Sequence record: DRR723986_1737
DNA length: 60,076 nucleotides
Strand: one strand, 5' to 3'
The position numbers were made by a program, and so were the translations under genes. The notes under the pieces are model-generated. The model had not been told where the DNA came from, made no database searches, and worked only from the letters and a program-made list of their open reading frames with translations. This document shows positions 39,455 through 48,876 of this stretch, piece after piece (positions within the stretch are counted from its first letter, which is position 1; every line of letters starts with the position of its first letter).

Positions 39455-39730
39455 GTGCTTGTGTTTGAACGCTTATTGACCCTGGCGCTACTGCTCGGTG
39501 CAGGCTACTGGTACTGGTCGGGCCCCTACCAGGCCAGGATCAAGCCGAGCGCAGAGCAGAAACTGGAACACTACGCAGAGGAGATGCGCCTGTGTGTTCG
39601 CGGTCTCAACTACAAGGCCGGCGCCACGGGCGAGGGCACGGGTGACCCGGAGCAGGTCTGTGCCCGCAAGCTGAATCTGTATCGCCACGACGGCCGCTGG
39701 CACAGTTATGATGACACCCGGCAACGCTGA
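39455..39730 (+). CDS. Small hypothetical protein with N-terminal membrane anchor
   Basis: GGGAGG RBS, hydrophobic N-terminus, two Cys; fills the gap between genes. Confidence 0.65.
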   Translation: MLVFERLLTLALLLGAGYWYWSGPYQARIKPSAEQKLEHYAEEMRLCVRGLNYKAGATGEGTGDPEQVCARKLNLYRHDGRWHSYDDTRQR

Positions 39731-39809
39731 TTGTCTGCCGCTTACCCTGCGGCGGCACCCGCGAAGGCTTGCTATAGTGGCGTCTCTGTAGCCAACCCGG
39801 AACCCCTTC

Positions 39810-40418
39810 ATGAGTCTTGCCACTACCTGTCGCCTGTCCCTGCCACTGATCGTGATGCTATCGATGCTGTCCCTGTCGGTCGCGCGGGCCCAGCCCGTGC
39901 AGGATGTTGATCGGGTTCTCGACGCGTTTCACCAGGCTGCGGCGGAGGCTGATTTCGCCAGCTATACCGCGCTCATGACAGAGGACATCGTCTTTCTGGG
40001 TACGGATGCCAGCGAGCGCTGGCAGGGTGACGCATTCCGTGACTTCGCCCGGCCACACTTCGAGTCCGGCACCGGGTGGCGCTATGTCCCTGAACAGCGC
40101 AGTGTGTTGCTGTCCAGCGATGGACGGACCGCCTGGTTCGATGAGCTATTGCAGCATGACAAACTGGGTCGCTGCCGTGGCAGCGGCCTGCTACTGCTGC
40201 AGGACGGGCAATGGAAGATCGCCCAGTATAATCTCAGTGTGCCGGTCCCCAATGAGCTGGTCTACGGCGTGGCGGATGACATTGCCGACTTTGAAAGCGG
40301 ATTGGTTCCGCCCACCGATGCTTCGGCCGAGGATGACGACGCAGTCGCCGCCGGGGAGGAACAGGCGAGTGAGTGCCGACGCAAGCGGCACAAGACCAAT
40401 CGCAAGGCAGGCTGCTGA
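39810..40418 (+). CDS. Secreted NTF2/SnoaL-like protein
   Basis: Signal peptide, FLGTDASERW, AWFDELL, RGSG, WKIAQYNLS. Extended -10 TGCTATAGT at 39770-39778. Confidence 0.82.
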   Translation: MSLATTCRLSLPLIVMLSMLSLSVARAQPVQDVDRVLDAFHQAAAEADFASYTALMTEDIVFLGTDASERWQGDAFRDFARPHFESGTGWRYVPEQRSVLLSSDGRTAWFDELLQHDKLGRCRGSGLLLLQDGQWKIAQYNLSVPVPNELVYGVADDIADFESGLVPPTDASAEDDDAVAAGEEQASECRRKRHKTNRKAGC

Positions 40419-40432
40419 CCGGCAGTGTGCCC

Positions 40433-43195
40433 TCAGGTAGTGATGATCAGGCGCAGTGCCTGCATCTGCAGGTTCGCGTGGCGGATGTGGACCGCACTCT
40501 CCTCGATGCGATAGCGCAGGTGTGCCAGTTCTTCCTCGCGGATTGAGGGATTGACCGAACGCAGTGCCTCCAGGCGTTGCAACTCCGCGCCGAGTTCCTC
40601 GCGCATCTGCTGCTCGGCCCGTTCGAGCACTTCCCCCAGGGCTGACTCCGCCTGACGCGCGGCGAGAACCATTTTGGCGTCCACGTCGCTGTGTACCTGT
40701 TTGATAATGGCCAGGGCCGTTGCCTTCTTCACCTTTTCCACCAGGCTGTTGAGCCGCTCGTGCGGCACCAGCTTGGCGAGGTCCTTGCCGCGTGCATCGA
40801 CCAGCAGGCGCAGCGGTGACAGGGGCAGGAAACGCTCTACCTGCAGTGATCGCGGGGCCACACAGTTAATGGTGTACAGGGTCTCCAGCAGCATCGTCCC
40901 CGGCGCGATGCCCTTCAGTTTGATCGTACCGATCGCGGCATTGCCGAGTTCGGTGGAGTGCACCATGTCCATGGCCTCCACCAGCATGGGGTGTTCCCAG
41001 GTGAGGAAGGCGAGGTCCTCGCGCGCCAGGGCAATGTCGCGACTGAAGGTCAGGCTGGTTCCTTCCTCGCGCAGGTGCGGGAAGTGCCCGGTCAGCATGT
41101 GTTCCGTCGGTCGCAGGATCAGGCAGTGCTCCGAGTGGAATTCATGCTCCACGCCGAAGCTGTCGCACAGGGACTCGAGGTAGTCCTGTAGTACCTCGCC
41201 TTGCTCGGCACTTTCTATCTCGCTGATCAGGCGTGCTGCGACCTCGGGTTTGCAGGAGTTGAGCTCCAGCAGGCGGTCCCGTCCTTCGCGCAGTTCCCGG
41301 CGAGTGTCCAGGGTGAAGGCGGCGGTGTCGGTCAACAGGTCCTCAAACGCGTCACTGCGCTGCTCGAGTTCCGGCAACAGGCGTTCCCGGAAATGCTCGA
41401 ATATCATGTAACCCGCAGAGCAGCTCTCGCGGAACAGGTCCAGGCCCCGGTCGAACCAGTCGAGCAGGGCGTGCTGGGCGGAGCCCTCCAGGAATGGGAC
41501 ATGCACCTGAACGTCCTCGCTCTGGCCGATACGGTCCAGGCGGCCGATGCGCTGCTCCAGCAGGTCCGGATTCAGCGGCAGGTCGAACAGGATCAGGTGG
41601 TGGGCGAACTGGAAATTGCGCCCTTCGCTGCCGATCTCCGAGCAGACCAGGGTTTGCGCGCCGGCCACGTCGTCGGCGAAATAGGCTGCAGCCCGGTCCC
41701 GTTCCAGGATGGAAAGTCCCTCGTAGAAGGCGGCGGAGCGGATGCCCGCGCGCATCTGGAGGTGGTGCTCCAGGGCAACCGCGGTACTCGCATTCGCGCA
41801 GATCACCAGGACCTTGGCTGGGCGCAGGGCCTTGAGGGTTTGCTCCAGCCAGGCTACCCGTGGATCAAAACCCAGCCAGCTGTCATCGATGAACGGCAGT
41901 TCCGGGTGCAGTCGCTCCTCGAGTCCTACGACCGCATGCAGGTAGGGCTCTGGATTGGGCAGGGGATAACGGTGCAGCTGGCGCTCCGGGAACCCGCTGA
42001 TCGCCGCCCGGGTATTGCGGAACAAGACCCTGCCGGTGCCGTGCCGGTCGAGTATCTGGCTGATCAGCAGGTCCCGGTTCTCGGTGGGGTCGAGGTCCGC
42101 AGGCAGCCCCTCGGGTACCTGTCCGGCCTGTAACTGCTCCACTGCGTCGCTGAGTTGCCGGTAGGCCTGCTCTTCCGCGCGGAAGGCATCCAGGTCGTGA
42201 AAGCGCGATGGGTCCAGCAGGCGAAGGCGGGCGAAATGACTCGCCTGTCCAACCTGCTCCGGGGTGGCCGTCAGCAGCAGCAAACCATTGGCGTGCCGCG
42301 ACAGCGATTCCACAAAGCGGTAGTCATCACCGGACTCCTGCTCCGACCAGTGCAGGTGATGGGCCTCGTCGACTACGACCAGATCCCAGTGGGCGTCCAG
42401 CGCCAGCGCCTGCAGTAGATCCTGTCCCGCGAACAGGTCCATGCTGCACAGCACCAACTGCTCGCTCTCGAAAGGATTGCCGTCCAGCGCCTGGGCAAGG
42501 CGTTCGGCGTCAAACAGGGCAAAGTGCAGGTTGAAACGGCGCAGCATTTCCACCAGCCATTGATGCAGCAGGGTGTCGGGCACCATGACCAGGACGCGCT
42601 GGCTGCGCCCGGTCAGCAGCTGCTGCTGGATGATCATGCCCGCTTCGATAGTCTTGCCCAGACCGACCTCATCTGCGAGCAATACGCGGGGCGCATAGCG
42701 CTGGCCGACTTCATTGGCGATATAAATCTGGTGCGGCAGCAGGTTGGTGCGGGATCCCATCAGGCCGCGCGCTCCGGAGCGCTGCAGGCGATCGAGATGA
42801 TGCATCGTCGCGACGCGCAGCGCGAAATCTTCATTGCGATCGAAATGGCCGTTGAGGAGGCGCTGCTGCGGTGTGGTCAGCTGGACGAAAGCGTCCAGCT
42901 CAAGTTCCGATACGGTCAGCTCGGCGTCGTGATGATCTGTGCCGTGGTACAGCAACAGGCCCTGGCGTTCTTCCACTTCTGTGACCAGCAGTTCCAGGCC
43001 GCTGACTGTCGACACGTGATCACCGGCCTTGAAGCGCAATCGGGTCAGTGGTGCGCTCTCGCTGGCATAGGTGCGCTCCTCGCCAACCGCAGGGAAATTC
43101 AGGGTGACCCGGCGGCCGTCAACCTCGACGATGATGCCCAGGCCGAGCTGTGCGTCGGCATGGCTCACCCAGCGTTGTCCGATGATGTACTCCAT
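40433..43195 (-). CDS. rapA: RNA polymerase-associated SWI/SNF ATPase RapA
   Basis: IGQRWVS N-terminus, LADEVGLGKT, DEAH, TATPEQ, SEIGSEGRNFQ, EQRIGRLDRIGQ. Confidence 0.96.
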   Translation of the reverse strand: MEYIIGQRWVSHADAQLGLGIIVEVDGRRVTLNFPAVGEERTYASESAPLTRLRFKAGDHVSTVSGLELLVTEVEERQGLLLYHGTDHHDAELTVSELELDAFVQLTTPQQRLLNGHFDRNEDFALRVATMHHLDRLQRSGARGLMGSRTNLLPHQIYIANEVGQRYAPRVLLADEVGLGKTIEAGMIIQQQLLTGRSQRVLVMVPDTLLHQWLVEMLRRFNLHFALFDAERLAQALDGNPFESEQLVLCSMDLFAGQDLLQALALDAHWDLVVVDEAHHLHWSEQESGDDYRFVESLSRHANGLLLLTATPEQVGQASHFARLRLLDPSRFHDLDAFRAEEQAYRQLSDAVEQLQAGQVPEGLPADLDPTENRDLLISQILDRHGTGRVLFRNTRAAISGFPERQLHRYPLPNPEPYLHAVVGLEERLHPELPFIDDSWLGFDPRVAWLEQTLKALRPAKVLVICANASTAVALEHHLQMRAGIRSAAFYEGLSILERDRAAAYFADDVAGAQTLVCSEIGSEGRNFQFAHHLILFDLPLNPDLLEQRIGRLDRIGQSEDVQVHVPFLEGSAQHALLDWFDRGLDLFRESCSAGYMIFEHFRERLLPELEQRSDAFEDLLTDTAAFTLDTRRELREGRDRLLELNSCKPEVAARLISEIESAEQGEVLQDYLESLCDSFGVEHEFHSEHCLILRPTEHMLTGHFPHLREEGTSLTFSRDIALAREDLAFLTWEHPMLVEAMDMVHSTELGNAAIGTIKLKGIAPGTMLLETLYTINCVAPRSLQVERFLPLSPLRLLVDARGKDLAKLVPHERLNSLVEKVKKATALAIIKQVHSDVDAKMVLAARQAESALGEVLERAEQQMREELGAELQRLEALRSVNPSIREEELAHLRYRIEESAVHIRHANLQMQALRLIITT

Positions 43196-43311
43196 GTAGC
43201 TGGACTGACTCTCTGCTGGCGCCTTGGCTGCGCGGGTCGCGTAGTTTACCACTGTCGCATGATGTGGCTACCGCGATGGGTGCACTGTCCGCCTGTTGTG
43301 CGGGCTATTTC

Positions 43312-44130
43312 TCAGGCAGCCTCGTCGGGAAAGAACAGGCGCAGGCTGTTATTGCGCGCAATGGTCAGCAAGTCCTCGACGGGAAGCGCTTTTAACTGCG
43401 CCAGCTTCTCGGCGATAAAGGGCAGGTAGCAGGGTGCATTGGTCCTGCCGCGATAGGGTACCGGGGTGAGATAGGGCGCATCGGTCTCCAGCAGCAACTG
43501 GTTGACGGGCGTTGCCACTACAACCTCGCGCACGTTGTCGGCATTGTTGAAGGTGGTGATGCCATTGAACCCCAGCATGAAACCCTCAGCGAGACAGAAC
43601 TCGGCCAGCGGCAGGCCTGAAGTAAAGCTGTGAATGACGCCTTTGCGGGACAGCTGGCCGCTGAAGGCCGAGAGTATTGCGCGGGTATCCTCGTCCGCAT
43701 CGCGGGTATGGATGACCACCGGCAGTTCGAGGTCGACGGCGATCTGTAGTTGTTGCTCGAAAACCCTGCGCTGTACCGAGCGATCAGCATGATCGTAGTA
43801 GTAATCGAGGCCGATCTCCCCTATCGCGACCACCTTCGGATCCGCCGCACCCGCGCGGATACGTGTCAGCACTGCCGCGTCACAGTTCTCTGCTTCATGG
43901 GGGTGTATGCCCTGGGTGGTCCAGACGTCCGGGTGGGCTGCAGCCAGGGCGCGGACGGTATCGAGATTGTCGGGCGCTACCGCGATGGTGATGATGCGCT
44001 CGATACCCACGTCCCGCGCCTGGCGCAGGGTCTCTGGCAGCGCCTCGTCGTCAAGGTAGTCGAGGTGGCAGTGGGTTTCGATGATCGGTGTGGCGAAGCG
44101 GGGAATCTCGCGCCGTGGTTTCTTGCTCAT
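43312..44130 (-). CDS. TatD-family hydrolase
   Basis: THCHLD, GIHPH, IGEIGLDY, IHTRDA, HSF, LETDAPYL. Start reassigned to ATG 44130. Confidence 0.92.
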   Translation of the reverse strand: MSKKPRREIPRFATPIIETHCHLDYLDDEALPETLRQARDVGIERIITIAVAPDNLDTVRALAAAHPDVWTTQGIHPHEAENCDAAVLTRIRAGAADPKVVAIGEIGLDYYYDHADRSVQRRVFEQQLQIAVDLELPVVIHTRDADEDTRAILSAFSGQLSRKGVIHSFTSGLPLAEFCLAEGFMLGFNGITTFNNADNVREVVVATPVNQLLLETDAPYLTPVPYRGRTNAPCYLPFIAEKLAQLKALPVEDLLTIARNNSLRLFFPDEAA

Positions 44131-44206
44131 GACCTGGGCCTGTCTGGCTGCCGCGGCGCGGGAGTATGCCACAGCAGGCATTCGCATGCAGCGCAGCGGC
44201 AGCGGC

Positions 44207-45154
44207 TCATCCCCGATGCACGCTGCGTACGCGCATGTCCCGCAAGGTATCCAGAATCTGGTCCCAGAGCCAGTTGTGCAATGGCGAGCGCTCGGTCCGC
44301 CGGTGCGCAACCAGGCGATAGTCCAGCACATATGATTCGGTTCCCGGGAGCGGCAGGGCGACAATGCCGCTGGTCGCCTGCTCATTGCGGGTGATGTACG
44401 CCGGTCCGGGCAGGTAGTAGTCGGTATTGCGCAGTACCTCCAGTGCAGTCAGCAGGTGGGACGTTTCCAGGGAGGCCTGGTGGGGCGTCCTCACCCGATT
44501 GAAAACCTCGGAACTGCGCCCGATCTCCGCGTGCTCGATGTCGGAAATATAGAGCCGGATCACCGGGTACTCTTCCAGGCGCTCCCAGTCGAGTTCCCCG
44601 CGGGTCAAAGGATGTCCCTTGCGCACCAGGATCGCGGGCGGCGAGCTGCCGAGCTTGCGCACCCGGAAGTCGGCGGGGTAGCTGGCCTGGGCAATCTGCA
44701 GGGCGAAGTCGAGTTTGCCGTCAGCCAGCTGGTCCAGCTGGTTTTCCACCCGGGTTATCGTGCGGATGCTCAGTCGGGGTGCCAGTTCCTGCAGGCGCGG
44801 GACCAGCACCGGCAGCAGAGTGAGTCCAATGTACTCTGACAGTGCCAGGATCACCTCGCCGGTGTAATGCCGCGGATCAAATTCCGAACCCCGCACCAGT
44901 CGCTGAATATCGCCCAGCAGGTTTTGCAGCTCGAGGGCGAGATCCTGGGCTCGCGGAGTCGGCTGCATCCCGCCTCCACCGCGGGTGAACAGGGGGTCAT
45001 CGAACACCTCGCGCATGCGCGACAGGGTTTTGCTCATTGCCGGCTGGGTAATATGCAGGCGCTCGGCGGCCCGGGAGACACTGCACTCCTCCAGCATGAC
45101 CTGCAGAGCAAGCAGCAGGTTCAGATCAATTCGAGCGAGGCTGCGGGTATCCAT
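44207..45154 (-). CDS. LysR-family transcriptional regulator
   Basis: DLNLL..L, SVSRAAERLHITQPAMSKTL, DPLFTR, PTPRA. Confidence 0.95.
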   Translation of the reverse strand: MDTRSLARIDLNLLLALQVMLEECSVSRAAERLHITQPAMSKTLSRMREVFDDPLFTRGGGGMQPTPRAQDLALELQNLLGDIQRLVRGSEFDPRHYTGEVILALSEYIGLTLLPVLVPRLQELAPRLSIRTITRVENQLDQLADGKLDFALQIAQASYPADFRVRKLGSSPPAILVRKGHPLTRGELDWERLEEYPVIRLYISDIEHAEIGRSSEVFNRVRTPHQASLETSHLLTALEVLRNTDYYLPGPAYITRNEQATSGIVALPLPGTESYVLDYRLVAHRRTERSPLHNWLWDQILDTLRDMRVRSVHRG

Positions 45155-45164
45155 GGGCTATTAA

Positions 45165-45231
45165 TATGAATTAGATTCATAATTATCATAATAAAAATAC
45201 ATTTGATGCATAGTTTAGCGCGATCTAAGCT
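45165..45231 (+). promoter_or_regulatory. LysR T-N11-A box plus divergent sigma70 promoter
   Basis: TATGAAT-TAG-ATTCATA (45165-45181); TTGATG (45203-45208)-N17-TAAGCT (45226-45231). Confidence 0.7.
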
Positions 45232-45237
45232 GAGTGC

Positions 45238-45347
45238 AACTCATTCAGGGTCTCATGGCGAGACTGGCAGCGGCTCCCGCTGCCGATGGAACATCCATCC
45301 AGGTCCAACGGAGTTATTTTCGAACCCGCCGAGAGGCGGGTTTTTTT
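45238..45347 (+). ncRNA. Candidate ~110-nt small RNA divergent from lysR
   Basis: Bounded by the promoter above and an intrinsic terminator. Short hairpins GTCTC/GAGAC, GGCAGCGG/CCGCTGCC, GATG/CATC. No ATG-initiated ORF ends inside it. Confidence 0.65.
45323..45347 (+). terminator. Intrinsic terminator
   Basis: AACCCGCC-GAGA-GGCGGGTT followed by a T-run on the + strand. Confidence 0.88.
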
Positions 45348-45440
45348 ATGCGCGCAGGCGTCCCGGCACCTTGGCGCCGGGTTGATCTGGAGTGGGAGGG
45401 TGTTCTGGGGGCGGCAGTGACCCCCTGGGGCGCGCCGGGT

Positions 45441-47165
45441 TTAGCCCGCGGATTTGAGCTTGGGGACCGCCTTGGGCCGGGCGCTGCCGGTCTTGCGCTG
45501 CACGGCCTTCAGCCGGGGTTTGGCTTTGCTTTTCGGGGCTGTCTTGCTCCGGGCCTTGGGGGCAGCCTTGCGCTTCGTCCCGCTGGCAGCGGTTTTGGCC
45601 TTGGCTTTTGCTTTCTTCTTCGTCGTGGGGGCTACCCCGCTTTTCTTCGCGGCGGTCGCCGTTTTGCCAGTGCTGGCAGCTGCGCGCTTGGGCGACTTGA
45701 TCTTGGCTTTCGCCGTGGCCTCACGGCTGGCGCGCTTGGCGCCGGCGATTACCGCGGCCGCGTAGAGTTCCTCATAGGAGGCAACCAGGCAGTCATGATA
45801 GAACTCGGGGTCCGGCATGATGTCGCGATCCGCCAGCACGGACAGTGACAACTTCCCGGAGTAGCTGAATACCAGGTGGAAGATACCCATTCCAGGCGTC
45901 AGTACGCCCAGGCCGTAGTAGTCGACCATCTTCGCGCCGGCGCAGTACAGCGGAAAATCCGGCCCGGCGACATTCGAAATTACAGTCGAGATATTTACCG
46001 GAATGTGCTGTGACAGGTTATTCCGGGCCCAGAACCCAGCCACGCCGCGGGCAACAAATGGCGATACCGCACCGGCGATTTTCAGAATATCCACCATGGG
46101 GCTCTGCTCGCCGGACTCCTTGGCTTCCTGGGTGCTGGCACAGATCGCGGCCATCCGCTCCATGGGATCCTTGATATCCGTGTGCAGGGACGCGAAGACC
46201 GCGCCGACCTGGTTGTTGTCGTCGCTCATACTGCGCCGCGTGCGCATGTTCAGCGGCATGCTGGCCGCCAGTGAACCTTCCGCCGGGGCCTCGCCCTTGG
46301 CTTCCAGGTAGCGCTGCAGGCCGCCACCGATGATGGTGAGCGCCACATCGTTGATTTTTACGCCACCGGCATTCTTGATGTCCTTGAAGCCCTCCAGTGG
46401 GAATTCGGCCGCGTCAAATACCCGATGCGGGCCGACCGGTTTGTTGAGGATGGTTTTCGGTGCCGACACGTCGGGAGCCGGTATCTTGTCGCGCGCAATG
46501 TCGAGGACATATTTGCCCATTTCCACCGAGTTACTGACGGTGCCTCGGAGCAAGCTGACGCTGTTCTTGATGCTGTTGATGGATGCCTTGGTCAGCAATT
46601 CCGAGACGCTGGGCGTGCTGTCTACCAGGCGCGGCTCGTTGTCGGCGTAGCTCGACTCGTCCGGGTCTGGGACCAGGTCGTGGAGCAGGGTCATGAAACT
46701 GGACCCGCCGGCACCGTCTACCAGGGCGTGGTGCATTTTGGTGTACACCGCGAAGCAGCCCTCGGGCAGGTTGGGAATATTGTCCAGCCCTTCGATGATG
46801 TACGCCTCCCACAGGGGGCGCGACATGTCGAGCGGGCGCGAGTGCAGGCGGGCAATCTGGATGCACAGCTGGCGCCAGTCTCCCGGCGACGGCAGGGCGA
46901 TGTGACGTAAGTGGAACTCCACATCAAAATTCGCGTCTTTTACCCAGTATGGGCGATCCAGGCCGCCCGGTACTTCCACCAGCCGGGTGCGGAACAGTGG
47001 TTGGCGGTTGAGCCTGCGTTCAAAGTGGGCGATAACCTGCTTGAAGCGGACAAAGCCGCCGGGCGCAGTGGATGGATCATAGACGCCCAGGCCACCCACG
47101 TGTTGTGGCGTGTTGGTCTGCTCGAGGTTGACGAAGGCGGCGTCCAGTACTCCAAGTTGTTTCAT
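45441..47165 (-). CDS. Wax ester synthase/diacylglycerol acyltransferase (WS/DGAT) with Lys/Ala-rich tail
   Basis: LDAAF..E...PQHVG, LDMSRPLWE, catalytic HHALVDG, ISNVAGP; about 100-aa basic tail. Confidence 0.93.
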   Translation of the reverse strand: MKQLGVLDAAFVNLEQTNTPQHVGGLGVYDPSTAPGGFVRFKQVIAHFERRLNRQPLFRTRLVEVPGGLDRPYWVKDANFDVEFHLRHIALPSPGDWRQLCIQIARLHSRPLDMSRPLWEAYIIEGLDNIPNLPEGCFAVYTKMHHALVDGAGGSSFMTLLHDLVPDPDESSYADNEPRLVDSTPSVSELLTKASINSIKNSVSLLRGTVSNSVEMGKYVLDIARDKIPAPDVSAPKTILNKPVGPHRVFDAAEFPLEGFKDIKNAGGVKINDVALTIIGGGLQRYLEAKGEAPAEGSLAASMPLNMRTRRSMSDDNNQVGAVFASLHTDIKDPMERMAAICASTQEAKESGEQSPMVDILKIAGAVSPFVARGVAGFWARNNLSQHIPVNISTVISNVAGPDFPLYCAGAKMVDYYGLGVLTPGMGIFHLVFSYSGKLSLSVLADRDIMPDPEFYHDCLVASYEELYAAAVIAGAKRASREATAKAKIKSPKRAAASTGKTATAAKKSGVAPTTKKKAKAKAKTAASGTKRKAAPKARSKTAPKSKAKPRLKAVQRKTGSARPKAVPKLKSAG

Positions 47166-47376
47166 AGTATTCGGTCCGAAAGCTGAGAACGTTTACAGTG
47201 CATATTGGCAGTCATCCCGATGTGCGGTATGGACTGCTGCAAGTATAGTCATAGCACGGCCCCAGGCCCTTGCCAGCCGATGTGGTAAAAGGGTAAAAGA
47301 GCCGTGCCGAAAAAGGGCGCCGTTATACCATCAAAGTCACCGAGTCTCCAGTGAAATCGATCATTTTTTGTTCATC

Positions 47377-48672
47377 ATGAGTCTCCTCTGGCGCGCAGTG
47401 TTGCTTCCAGCGGTGTTGCTGGTGGCTCCGGGCTTGTCTGTCCCTGTCCTGTGGGCACAGGAGGCGACGCCTTACGGCGAGAAGTTTGCGCGCCTGGGCG
47501 CTCACTGGTCCGATGCAGGACAGGCTGTCGAGCGGGCCGCTACGCCGGCAGCCCCAGGCCCGGCCTCCGAGGCTCTCGGCCAACGCCTGGAAGCGCTGGA
47601 GATGGCCGGCGGACCCTATGCGCCGGGCCTTTCGGAGGCCCTCTCTGAACTGGCGCGGCAGTATCGGGACAATGGCGAATTGGCCCAGGCGATCGACTAC
47701 TACGGCCGCGCCCTGCACAACCTCAGGGTCAATGACGGCTTGTACTCCGAGCGACAGATACCCCTTGTCCGGGAACTGCTCTCCCTCTATCGGGCCACCG
47801 GGGACCTCGAGGCCCTCGATGGCCGCTATGACTATTTTTTCCGGCTCTACGGCAGTGGGCAACCGCCCTATGACGAGGTCCGTTTGCGGGCGACACTGGA
47901 ATACCTGCGCTGGCAGCGCGAAGCCTACCGCCGCGGCCTGCGCGAGGGCGACCGAGCACTGCTACGGCTGTATGAGCAGACCGCAGAACTGACCGATACG
48001 GTCCTTGCTGACCCGGCGGTAGGCCAGGCCTGGCGCCGGGAACTGGCATTCAACCAGTTGCGCAATCTGTACCTGATCAGCGATCGGGTCGAGCCTCTGG
48101 TCGAGTTGTTTGGCGCTGCGGGTAGCCGGCCTTTCATGGGTCCCGATGCCCAGGGCACAGACCTTACCCGGGAGCGACTGGAGAGTATCGAGCGTACCGT
48201 GCTTGCCAGGGGCCGGGACCTGCTCGAGGATCTTCTGGCCAGGGAGCCGCTCGCTGACCCGGTAGCGCGCGCCGCGGTGTACCGGGAACTTGGCGACTGG
48301 TACCAGTGGCATCACAGCTCGCCGCGAGCGCGGGATGCCTATGCCCAGGCGATAAGTCTGCTCCAGGCTGCGGGTGAGCAGGACCTGATTGCTGCCTGGT
48401 GGCATGAACCCGTCGAGCTCCCGGACAACGGGGCATTCTGGCAACCTGCGGATCAGGATGCAGATACCTCGTCCGAGGTCCTGGCCAGCTTCTCGGTCTC
48501 GTCGCGGGGCAGGGCGTCTGCTATCGATGTGGGTGCTAACGACGACAGCGTTGCCGGCGCGGCCTCGCGTCTGCGCCGTGAACTCGCTGCAACCCGTTTC
48601 CGCCCCGCGTTTTCCGACGGGCAGCCGATTGCAGTGGAGAACCTGCAGCGGCGTTACACGATTTTTCCCTAG
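47377..48672 (+). CDS. Secreted TPR-like protein with a possible TonB-C-like terminal domain
   Basis: Signal peptide, TPR-like helices (AIDYYGRAL, LGDWY..ARDAY), C-terminal FSVSSRGRA..RFRPAFSDG. Confidence 0.7.
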   Translation: MSLLWRAVLLPAVLLVAPGLSVPVLWAQEATPYGEKFARLGAHWSDAGQAVERAATPAAPGPASEALGQRLEALEMAGGPYAPGLSEALSELARQYRDNGELAQAIDYYGRALHNLRVNDGLYSERQIPLVRELLSLYRATGDLEALDGRYDYFFRLYGSGQPPYDEVRLRATLEYLRWQREAYRRGLREGDRALLRLYEQTAELTDTVLADPAVGQAWRRELAFNQLRNLYLISDRVEPLVELFGAAGSRPFMGPDAQGTDLTRERLESIERTVLARGRDLLEDLLAREPLADPVARAAVYRELGDWYQWHHSSPRARDAYAQAISLLQAAGEQDLIAAWWHEPVELPDNGAFWQPADQDADTSSEVLASFSVSSRGRASAIDVGANDDSVAGAASRLRRELAATRFRPAFSDGQPIAVENLQRRYTIFP

Positions 48673-48876
48673 CCGACACTGCCTCTGGGGTAGCGGATGA
48701 CCCAGCTTTCCCGGTGCTCCCGGGCGCGTCAGTCAAGCTCACTAAACCAGCCTGCACAATCAGTGCGCTCTTCTTAGGCCTTGCTGCCCGGTAATGACAT
48801 CATCGGGACCCATAACGTCGGGTAGCACAAACCCGGGAACCGCCAGCCGTGTGCGGCGCGGTCACAGGAGAAGGCA

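Noticed and set aside
40433-44130. SNF2 helicase plus TatD nuclease as an anti-phage system
   Set aside because: The helicase is a typical housekeeping RapA, the TatD is ordinary, and there are no defence-island hallmarks.
45234-45848. 204-aa + ORF starting at the LysR-divergent promoter
   Set aside because: It runs through a strong terminator and is antisense to the low-complexity WS/DGAT tail. An sRNA explains the region better.
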